NCBI GenBank assembly: GCA_051362555.1
Contig: CM120640.1
Location: forward strand, 13,950,001-14,014,000
Origin: Lingula anatina
Taxonomy: Eukaryota; Animalia; Brachiopoda
DNA: 64,000 bases
Direction: 5' to 3'
Under the pieces are notes generated by a model. It was not told the origin of the DNA. It did not search any database and worked only from the letters and a program-made list of their open reading frames with translations. The translations under genes and the position numbers were made by a program. Shown here one piece after another: positions 15,801 to 27,800 of the stretch (position 1 is its first letter; each line of letters starts with the position of its first letter).

Positions 15801-18800
15801 TTCTGTACAAAGAAATCAATATCATGATGTCTGCCTACAGCAGCATGCCTGGCATATTTCATATAACATGGTGAACACGAAGGCAAACCCAATGAGGAGG
15901 AGAAGCACCAGAGTGGCCACTGTCTGGATGTTTGATGCTATGAGGACTACAATGTATGCAGCTATGGCAAATGTGCTGCCATGCCCTGAGTGGGGGTCAC
16001 TTTGGTAGAAAGCAGGGATTGACATAGCTAGAGTATTAAATAGAATTACAAGAATAATAATCCACCATTCTTGAGTGCCGTAGAGAAATTTCTGCATGGG
16101 TGCTACCTGTTGAATGTCACGTATCCTGCTTTCGTTTGCCTCTGTGTTCAGAATGATGTGTTCCAGGGTGTCAGCAAAAGCTTCACCGTATTTTTCTCGG
16201 TATACCTCTACTGCATCTCCAAAATCTCTAGCTGCGTACTTACTGATGAGGAGTAGGCACTCCAGGATCCAGTAGTAGTTCACCAGGATGAAGTTTACCA
16301 GGCTTAGGAAGGGAATGAGAACAGTGCACAAAATCATGAAAGCTGATCTGAATGATAACAAATAATCCTCACTGATGTAATTGTCAGCATGAATCTGAAA
16401 ACCCAGCAGCAGCAACATAACAGCGAACAAAAAAGAATTTCCCACAATACAAATATACGTTCTTGTTAGAATTCCACCACAGAAGCCTGTTCTCTCCGAT
16501 ACCTTAAAACCATGCACATTTAAAATTAGTTCCATATCTTTCACAAGTCTTCGCACCATATACATTCTGCTTACATAGACTATGGATAAGTCCACAAGAT
16601 CTATGAACAATAGAATCATACCAGTTATTTGCCAGGCATTACCAAACTGGTAATCTTTTCCAACAGCTAGTCCAAAAACGGTGAAAATTATGATTGGATA
16701 GAGGAGAAATTCGTAGCAAAGATTGGTGATATACTGAATGCGTTTATTTCTGTGTTTATCCTCCTCTGATGTTTCTGTCATTCCAGTATTTTTATTTTTG
16801 TAATACCTTAACTTAAGGTAGAAATAGATGACAAGGAGAACAATGTTCTCTAGGATCCCAATGATAAGTGCAGGGATTTTAAAATGTAAAAAGTTTGGAT
16901 CAACCGCAATATCCGCTATGGTAAATACAAGGTTGGCTAAGAATACGCAGTGCATGAATACTTCCAATGAGGTGGCTATGCATGGGTTGAGGGGTTTCTC
17001 TGTCTGGGATGTAATTAATTTATGTCCAAGGTTAGCCTGGTCCTGATTTGCTCCGTATGATAACCGTTGGGTGTCAGAGACAAAACAGTGGTTTTTCAGT
17101 CTGTCACTGGCACTTATGTTGCCTGCACCGACATCTTGTCTGACTGCAGCCTGGTCTTGGTGGATGATTCTGTCACTTGTAGAAATATTGTCCATTTCTG
17201 GAATTGAAACGGCAACTTGGTCATTTTTTATTCTAGGTGTAGGCATTTCCACACTTGGGACAACTTGATTAGATTTTACGTGAGTGGTTCTTGGCTGTGT
17301 TTTTCTGTTCACAAACGTCTTTGTTGAACCAGCCTGTAAGTTAATGGTCCTTCCTGATGCATCTGTGTATGTAATTTGTTGCCCTTGATGGTAAGTAACT
17401 GCCGGACTGTCACCTTGACCTTCAGCCCCTGCGTGGTTGACTACTATTCTAACTGTCTTGTGCACAACTTTCGGCATTATGAAGATTTCTGTCTTTTATC
17501 CTGAAATGAAAGCATGTCTTGAATACTTATGAAAGACAAAGTGGACTATGTACACAAAACCACAAACTGGATGGACATAGAGTGACCTTAACCACAAATT
17601 TAATCATCAATAATAATAATAGATTTTTATTCATAATGAAATATTTGGAAAAGTGTGCTTAGTTTGAGGTTCATTATTTTTTATGCCTGAGGCCACATGG
17701 GGATAATAACCTGTCAAGGGGAACTTTTCCACCCAGGGGATAATTCAGACATCATTGACTACATTGAATGACAACACACTGAGTGAAAGCTTTAATCCTA
17801 TTTCCTCAGATATTTTTATGATAGATAGATCTGTTGAATTTAGCATTGGCAAGTCACTGTTGTATATTCCTTTTTCTTGGGAATGTGAATTTTTCTTGGT
17901 CTTTTATTTAGACATATTTATTGGACATCGGAAATATTTTTAAATTGTAGAATCCAAGAATTTAAATAATCTGTGTATTAACATTTTGAATTTTTTGTAA
18001 TGAGTTTAAAAATTGATTATTAATTATTGAAAAAGTATAAAATATATTGCATATAGAAAACTTACATGAGATTGTATTTTCACCTTTTTGAATGAGCTAG
18101 ATGACGGTTTCTTAAAAAAGTTCATTAGCCTGTTAGTTATACATGGATTGTTAAATTAATCAATTCACAGACAGTTTTTATCTTAACATTTTCATCAATA
18201 ATTTTGATCAATGACAAATGAATCAATGATTACAACTCGGCGTTAGAACATCAGTGCATGACCAGTTTGTCCTGAGGAAGGCTCTTGAGTTGAGCCGAAA
18301 ATAAGGTGGCACGAAAATATTTAGATAAAAACTGTCTGTGAAATGATTAATTTAACAATCCATAGATGACAGTTATTTACACAGGATAAATCACCAAGAG
18401 ATACCCCATACAGGAGGTTGATAGCATGTAAACATGCTGAGTTGGCAGTAGCACTGTTTTCACAGGAAGCTTTTTTGGTGTTTGAGAAGTGATCATGATT
18501 GGTTTCTAGTGTAATTTGAGACATGTCTCAAAATTTACAATGGTTGTGTGGAAAGGTAGAAAAGAAAATGGTGTGTTTGTTTTTTTCCCCTTTTATTCTA
18601 GAGGTATGATCCCCAGAAGACAGATCGACAGGTGTAATTTAACACTTTTGATAAAATTTGTAGTACAAATTTTAAGAAGAATTATAGCTGGGTAACATAG
18701 CCCTTTTCACTAGCTACACAATGCCATGAGAATTGTTTGTATAGCTGCTTTGGGGACAGGGAAAGTCCTGAAAGTGAAAGTTAAATTTTTATTCCCAAAA

Positions 18801-21800
18801 CATTTCTGTTACATAATCTGAGGAAATGGGGAACACAATTTTTAGTAAAAATGTATCAATAGTGTGCAGAATCATATTTTTTGGTTTTATAAATACTTAT
18901 GAAGGTATTACACCCTCTTTTAAGTTGAAATATTTTTACACTAGCATTCCTCATGTCACTGTATATTGGACACATATTGGTTTTACTGCACTCACCTATT
19001 TAGTGACTTTCTTTGAATTTGTCAAGCTTCTCTTTTCCTCTCCATCCATTTTAACGTCTTGAAATTCTTCTATTACTTCATAATATATATGTTCTGCTTC
19101 CAAAATGAGTTTAACGGCGAATTTGACAGCTAAACTTTCTGTTTTATTCAATATGGTGGACTCACTATTTGCTTGTATTTATACAGCAACATGTCACATG
19201 GTACACAGGATAAAAGCCAGGTATCCGTGTATCCAATAGAATGCACAGCCCAAACAATGAACCTCAGGTCTACGTCAGTAGGTTTTGTGTTGACCAAAGT
19301 AATGTAACCAGTATACCGTGAGAAGAGCTTAATTACTGGCCTTTTAAGTTTGCCATATTTATGTTAAGATGTTATTTCTGGGATTAGAAAGTTTTTTGGC
19401 AATATTTCTTAGCATATATGACTGCTGTTGACATCTAATAATTGTTGAATTTAAAATGTTTTCAGGATGCCCAATGTTTTAATATTGAAAATAAAGCAGA
19501 AATATAGTACATGACCTTGAAAAAAAAGCTCAAACTAAGATTTAAATTTTTAGTGATTTTTACCTGGATTATTTGTTGTGGAGTTTTAACACTGGGAGAA
19601 AATCAATGATTTAATGATTCAATTCTTCATGAAAATAGGAAAGAAATTACACATTGCTGGTTGAAATAATTGCTATAGAATTTCATAACCTAATGAGATA
19701 TGTAATATACAGAGAGAAAATTGAAGTGATTATCCAAAGGTTCAGAAAAAAGCACAGATATTAATGACATACATAGACAGGAGAGAGGCAGCTTATTGCC
19801 ACTAGCCTCCAACTTGATTTTTATATTGATTTTCTTTATGAGTTAAAAATTCATGCTTAGAGAATGCTGTGTTATGATTGGAACTCGGCAAAAGCATTGG
19901 GGCTTTTTCTAGTGTAAGTAAGCTGTATTGATCCTGTTTTACTTATTACAACATTGATGCTATTACTGCTAAACCTAAGGAAATTTGGTTGTTGCATTAA
20001 ATCAGAATTAATGCTAAATGATGGAACTTATACAGCCAAGATGGTTTTTCTATTGCTTGATGTATAATTGAGAAGTGATAAAAACCCAATACATAAGCTA
20101 TTGTCTTTCATGCACATTACCCTGATTTGATGAAATAGTGATGAGAAGCTCTTTATTCATACACATGCAAAAAATTTTAATCATGACTGTATATGCCAAT
20201 TAGTGCAAAATGGTTATAACATCTGCAATGTTTGGTAACACAGTACAGATAAATCATTTGTCAATTGATGGAAATATGTTCTTACATCTGACCAAAAAGC
20301 ACACAATGCACTTTTTTCTGCTTAGAAAATGCTTTTAAAATCTGCTGAAAATATCACATTGCTATTCGTTGAGATTAATGTCATCTTTTTTGTACATTCT
20401 GTATATTCCCATGCTAATCCCAGGGGTTTTCTTGTAACTTTCTACTTATGACCTATTGTTCACGTAAGTTGGTAATTCAAGGTTTGTAAGTTGTAACCCT
20501 TTTAAAATATTGTCTCAACCCCTCCTTTTTTTTTTTTTTTTTTTTTTGCAAACTTTAAAGAAAATTTGCTTATCCAAAATGCTTAGCAAATACACTAGAT
20601 TGGTGAGTTCGTATCAATATGTTATAGAACACATGATTCCATTATATTACAAGTTAAGTCTTTGTAAAGTCCCTGACCTTTTGTTATGACATAGACATGG
20701 ATCACAACTTTTTAACTGCTTCAATCTCAGTTTTATTATACTCCATGTGTGTTATCAGTACATCCAAGGACAATATTGCTGAACAAATCAGTCACTGGAA
20801 AAATACACAAAATTAAACTTTGCCTAATTACCTAGGACTATTGTAAATCATGGTGTATGATAACACTGACAACATTTATAACATCATCTGTTTGTCATGT
20901 TAAGTTTGTAGCAAAGAAATACATTGGTAAAACATCAATAATTTAGATAGCCAGTAATCCCATGCTTTACAAATTAAAATAAATATAAACATGCTGATAC
21001 CCATCACATAAAACATTGAACCATGATAAGAGATTAGTATACACTATTTATAGAATTTCTTTATATACTATATTCTGTGTGAAAGTCTTATCTTCACACT
21101 TTTATTCTGAGTCAACGGTTTTGTAACTTTAACATTAAAAAATAAATAAAAGAAAAAAAACAGAACTGAGTGGGAATCAAACCCACTCCCCTGTGATTGG
21201 CAGCCAAGGATATTACCACTGGGCCAGCAAGTCCTGCCATCTGATGGAGTGCTTTTGACAATATATGATACCTGTCACACATGCCTTTACAGAAATTGCC
21301 GAAGGCTAGAAAATGCCTTCAAAATATACTTTTAACAGTTATAATCAAATTTAAACTATGGCCACTACCTTCCCACTGCCCTAAGGTATTGCTAACACCT
21401 GACAGTTGTCAACAGATTATTGTAGTTTGAGAGACAAAAAAGGTAAAAAGGAGACTTCAGCTGATCTGCTATTACTATATAGATGCACTTTTTACTAGAT
21501 AAAAAAACGGATTTGTTCTATTTTATAAATTTGTATAACAATAAAAAGAATAGGAGGATAAAAAACACTAATCCTGCATACTTCACAATTCCATTTTGTT
21601 CAGAAGTCATCTCTTCCCATCTCTCTTTCTTTTTTTCAATCTCTTCATCCACTTCAGGTGGATCACTTGGTTTGCTGTACTTATGTTTGCCAGATGAATC
21701 ATCAATAGCATCACGAGGAACTGATTTAGTCTGACGTTTAGAGTTCCATTTTTGACTCACCTTGTCAACTGAAGAAGTCTTACTTGAAAATAAGGAGAAA

Positions 21801-24800
21801 CCCCTGTTGCTTTCAAACTCACTTAGCGTGAGTTGGCTGGTATGAGATCTGTTGCTACTGATGGTAGTTTCTTTTGTATCGTTAGAAGAGAGTGAATTTG
21901 TGCCGGTGCTTTTTTGTGGACTCGTGATTAGACTAAATGTCTTTTTTCTAAGCCCATGTTTATGTGATTTTTGATTAGGCATTTCTTGTTCCAGATGTAC
22001 TTCATTGTTTTGATTCATTGAACACATTGTGCACAGGCCTTCACTGTGATTGTGATTTGTTTCTGTCTCTCTGATTTCACATTCTATTTTAAAGTCACCA
22101 TTCTCTTCTGACTGTTCTTCAATTTCTTCTAAAAGCAAAGTTTCAAAATTACCTTTAATGTCATTTGAAGCACCGCATGTATGTTTGCCATCTTTCTCAA
22201 TGGATGTTACTACATCTACTTCCTCACATTCCACTCTTTCTGTTTCCTGGAATTCTGCTATCAGTGGCTCAGAGAGTGGTTTTTGAATTTTTTTGTGTTC
22301 TGCTATTTTCTTTTCTGTCCCAGTGCCTGCCTCTATACTGCTGTGATCACATTCAGGGCTCACAGATGAATGAGCAGGGTTTGCATTTGACCTATGTTTG
22401 AAAGCATGCTCTTCCTGATATGGAACTAGGAGTTGTCCATTGTCTTGGGCGTGGTCAGTATTGATGTCATGGTCACTAGTCCATCTGACAGTGGCATCAT
22501 GTCTCTCAGGTCCATCACCATCATCGGAAGTTCCAAAAAGCCATTCTCCTTGCACATTTTTCTCCTTTGTAACTGACTCATTTTTAAAACACTGTTTTGA
22601 TGCAGGGGTTTCTTCGCTGAATCTTTCAGCAAAAGTAAATTGTTGTCCACCTTTTTTGGGACCATCAGTGTCAGTGTTATTATTTTTCTCGGTGGCATTA
22701 GGAATGACATGTATATCTCCAGCCTCCATGAGAGACCCTGTGAAAAAAACCATGCAGTACATCTCAGTTGCATTCCTTCTAGTAGATGATGTTCGTGGCA
22801 TGGTTAAAGTAAGGAAGCAGCAAGAGCAAGTGGAATTTTAAAATGGAACTAGAGCTTTAGAAGTTAGAAAATCAGACAAAGAATGTTTTAACCTGTCTCC
22901 TATACATCTTGAAAAAGCTATTTTCCATTATGTAGTCTGATGACCATAATGTGTGGCAAGAAAATTTTCCTGACTGAATATTACAACTAAATGTCATCCA
23001 ATTGAACTGCACAGCTGCCAGGATTTTTTAAAAAAAGAAGTAAATGAGATGGGCAACTGCATACTCACTAATGTTGCAGGGAATGAGGCGAGCACTGTCC
23101 TCGATCGATCCTGTTGACACATAGGCACTTCAGTTTGAAAGTGTCATGCAAGATATGCACTGCTTGATTATAGGAATTCTTGTACCTTTTTTCATGCCTT
23201 ATTTCTCTCGGCAAATGATATATATGGCATAAGATAAGTAAATCACTTCCTGAATTCCATTCAAAACCTTGCCTTTTTTGCCATGGTCAGTTCCCTACAA
23301 AGAAAAAAAAATTTTGAAAAGCAATTACTCTGTGTTAATCTGACACTTTCTCTGATATAAAAATAAGCTTACGGGATTAACTCTTCCAGTATGAAGTCAT
23401 TCATGCCTTTCTTTGGGAGATTGATAAGGTAACATATTTCAAATCCAGATAATAAATTATATTATAAATCTCTAAAGATATGATTAACTTTGATGGTAAT
23501 GGATTCAAGTTCATCCTTTGAACTGATAGGAGAACATTACTAATGAAACGGGAATTAATCTTTTTGATAAAATTTCCTTAAACTACATTTCCTGAAAAAA
23601 ATATATGCATCTAACATTTACCTGCTTTCCACTTTTGTCCCTTTTCAATTTTTCTACATTATTCAACCTGGGGTGCTTGACTCAATACTATAATTGTGTC
23701 CTCTGTTATGAAGAATATTTAAAGTGCTAATAATATTTCACCTATATGCTGGAGGGTGTGAATAATTCCTCTGGGAGTAATTCAGGACATTGCCCTCTCT
23801 TTGATACACATCCTAATGACCAAATTACCAACTTGTGTGTGAAATGGAATCATGTTAGAGTCCATAAAAACTGAATGTTTGATTAAATTACAGTGTTGCT
23901 TGTTAATAAATTTTCTTGCATTTGGTTTCTAATCAATAATCCCCTGAGTGCAAGTTTAATATTGGGGATGCAATTTCAAAGTTCAGGTAAACTCACTTCC
24001 AAGCCTATCTCTCGGGAAATAACTTCAGAGATCAAGACAGCTGATTAGATAGGATGCAACAATGAAGAGTTACACCTGAAGGTGGAAACTTGGAAAATCC
24101 CTACATATTTTGTATCAAAAGTATATTAAAACAGTAAAGTAATTATCTTATATCCCAATAACAATGCTCGGAAATCATCAACAATCATATGAAAATCATC
24201 TTACACCTCAACTTGGTAAATATTTGTCAGCAGAATTATTTCTTTTGCATTTGTAATGTTAAGTAAAACTTACCACCTGAATCTTCAACCATTATAAAAG
24301 TGTTATAAAATCGCTTATTATTCAAGCCACTGATCGAATCTTGGCTTTGTTTTGTTTTCACAATCATTTCATTTTTATGCAAAGCATACTTGTTCTAAAG
24401 TGAGCATAAAATGATTGCTGCTGGAATAGATTTTTAATTTAGAGTTGTCAAACTGTGAAATTGATAATTCCTCTGTACCGAATTGTAAAAATATTAGGAC
24501 TTAGAAATGGATGGCATTATAAATGGTCGCCAGAAGACAATGACAGTTGGACTAATGGAAATAGGAAGACAGTTAAATAATGTTCCTACCTTGTCAGAAT
24601 GAAGGGTTCTAGCACACCAATATCTTCAGCAGGATTTCAATAGGGATCACTTGAGTAAATGAATTTAGGTCATGAGGCCCATTACTCTGCATTTCAGTGT
24701 CAGTTGGTTGTTATACCCATATAAATGTATATCTTTATACGTATACCAGTTGGGTCTTTCCTCTACCTTAGATCTTATTCATATCTTATTCATTTAATCT

Positions 24801-27800
24801 AATTTCCATAGTCACTGTTTATTTTCTTTCCTTTTGTACAAAAACAGGGTTCCACTTAAGAGTTATCTTTACTTTTAGGTAAATACACATAACACATGTG
24901 CTAATTGTTGACATAAGTAAATATTTTGTATGGAGGGCACTTTGCTAGATTTCACCCATACTGTTCATTTGGACCTGAATGTGATTGTTGAGATGAATAA
25001 AGATTATTTTCACTGCAGTGGACTGATGTCAATAGTGTACTGTGACATACAGTTGTGTCTTGGTTGTGGCTCTTCATGATATGCTTATTTAAACCTATCT
25101 TGGACTCTTTGGACCAGGAACCCAGTGAACCACTAGAGTGAGAAGAAAAGGAATGGATCTCATGTTGACTGCAAAAAAAAAAAATAAATAAAAAAAAAAA
25201 AATAATAATAAAATAAATAAAAAAGATTAATAATAATAATAATAATTAGATAAAATTATTATTATCATCATTATTATTCTTGTTATTATTTATTTCTTTA
25301 TTTTTAAGAATAATAATGATGATAATAATAATTGTTTAATTAAAAAAAACTATATGCTAGCGAGAATGTCTAATGATTTAATTTAAATGTGTGACATTAT
25401 TAACATATTATTGTTTTCAATGATGGACAAGATAACAAATGACACCACTGACTGCAGACATATCAGTATGCTTGTGCTCAGATCATTGTAAAACCCTGAA
25501 AAAAAGTAAAGTGGTGGGAGAAGTGCTTTTAAATTTTAGTCTGATATTTATAAGGTGTAAGGTTAATTTCTGAAAGAGTTATTTTGATATAATTTTAATA
25601 GTTGGAGATGGTATGTGTCAGCTTCTGGCCCAATTCCAATCAACAGTTTTGATGAAAGTGGGCTGCAAATATTTTTGAGGTGTTCATTATTTTTCAGCAA
25701 TCAATAAGCTTTCTGAAAGCTTTTTTTCCACATTATCATAGTTATTGTAAAAATCAATTTTTGGAGAAAGAAAAGGTGTTAAATACCTTTGTTTGGCACT
25801 AGTACCAAATACAAATTATTTAACTTATATTTTTGAAATAATTTATTGTCATTTAAATATGAGATAGATGATGAATTCTTTACATTTGATAACTTCTGTC
25901 AGAGCAGTATTATGTGTTTTGATAAATCTTTAAAACTTTATATATCATTTTCTGCTGGTAAAAATTCGGTATTACTAATCAGATGGAATTCAAAGTAAGT
26001 TTTGACATGCAAACAGAGACTAAAGTCTTTATTCAAAAAAAAAAAAAAAAAAACACTGAAAACCCAAATCTAACTTTTCTATATAGTGCGCAGTCAGTGC
26101 ATCTTGTATCTGTGTTGCGCAAGTCACTTTCTCCAAAGAAATTTTGTGGGGGTTACGGAAGAGGGTATCGAAAACAGTCCTTGTGACCAGATTGAAATGC
26201 CCCCTGTGTAGGTAACAAACACAACAATACCATGCTTTTCATGCCTCAAGAAATTTGTATGAGGAGTAGTGTATTACTTCTTTTGTATGGCACATGAAAG
26301 CAGAACTGTAATATAAATATGTGCCACTCTTTGCAGTATTTGGCTAGCACGACATTAATGGTACTATACTTGAGAATAAGGACCTCATAGCATCGATGGA
26401 GGAAATTCATGTCAAAATGTCTCTCTGAAAGGCAAATATTTAAGTCACCTGTTTTTACCTTAATGAACTTGAAAGTTAAAACCAAATTACACGTGACTTC
26501 TGAGAAGCCAGGATATTAGGAAGAGGAAGATATTTGTATATATATTTCGTAGTCCATGAGATTTGGTTACTTGTCCTTTTTGAACACAGAGTTAAAGGAG
26601 ATTTTAATAGAACATAAGCAGTTCTTATGAAAATGACAACAAGGATGACAAGCAGAAGCTTAATGAACACAGCACCAGATCATATGCCATAGTACTAGAA
26701 CACTTCAGAGAATGTGACTTTGAACCCAGACAATTTTTTTTCTCTGCCATTTTGGAAACTTAGTGAAGTACCGACATGGCGGGCTCTAATAGGCATAGTA
26801 GAGTGATCTCCAAATCTTTCCGGGTAAGTGGGTATTGATCTATATCCTTCACTTTTCAAACATACAATTCTACTCTAAGATTGAACTGAAATTAAAAAAA
26901 AAATACGACAAAAATTATGGAAAGGCATACTGATCAAGCATTTTATGATTTTGTCTCAGTAAAAGATGGTTGATCTAGTGATAATTTAATGAATAATCAA
27001 CTGATTTGATGAATGGTGATGTGCTTCTGCATTAATCTGTAACATTATTGGAAGTTCAGTTTCTACTCAAAGAATCTTTAGACTATTTTGAAAAATTTGT
27101 TTTGTACAAATTTCAGATGTTTGGAAATACAAATGGTGGGGATTCAGATGATGATGATGATAGCAATGGGGAAAATAATGATGGACTTGAAGAAGAAGAA
27201 GAGGAAGAATTGAGATCCCTGAGAAGTCCATCAATTCCGTCCATAGCTCCAGATTTGGATGATATCCTGGAGGACGTTTCTCCTACGCCTACTCCCACAC
27301 CTCCCCCAGACGAGCCACCAGACGAACATTTAGCAAGAATAATTCCACAATTCAATCATCCAAAGAGGGAAGAAAATCGCCAAAAAATTAGGAACATGGT
27401 GAAAAGGGTGAATGTGGTGTCAAAATGGAGGGACACAAGGACAGTGACAGGAAAAGTTACCACAACGTTTATATGTGCACCTACACAGAGGATTACCTAC
27501 AGGGAGAATCGAATTCAGGCATCTGCTGCCTTGGAGACTGTCAATTTGGTAACAAAGCCTCCGCTCAGTAAAATTAAGAGCATTTTCTTCAGGGTTCTGG
27601 CAGAATTGATTTTTCTGGCTAACTTGACTTTTGCCCTGTATGATATCATTACTGGCCCTGAATTTCTGTATTTCAAGGTCACAGCATTTCTTTTTGGAGT
27701 TTTTGAAAACCTGCTCATGTTTACAATGTGGTTTATTCTGTCCTGTCCTTGCATGAAAGGAGAGGAAGAGAAAACCAAGAAAGTCGAGAAGTATCGTCAG

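Noticed and set aside
27048-27116. N-terminal extension of gene C given by the ORF track
   Set aside because: Starts at TTG and runs through a pyrimidine tract ending in tttcag; intronic, since an in-frame upstream exon exists at 26776-26823.
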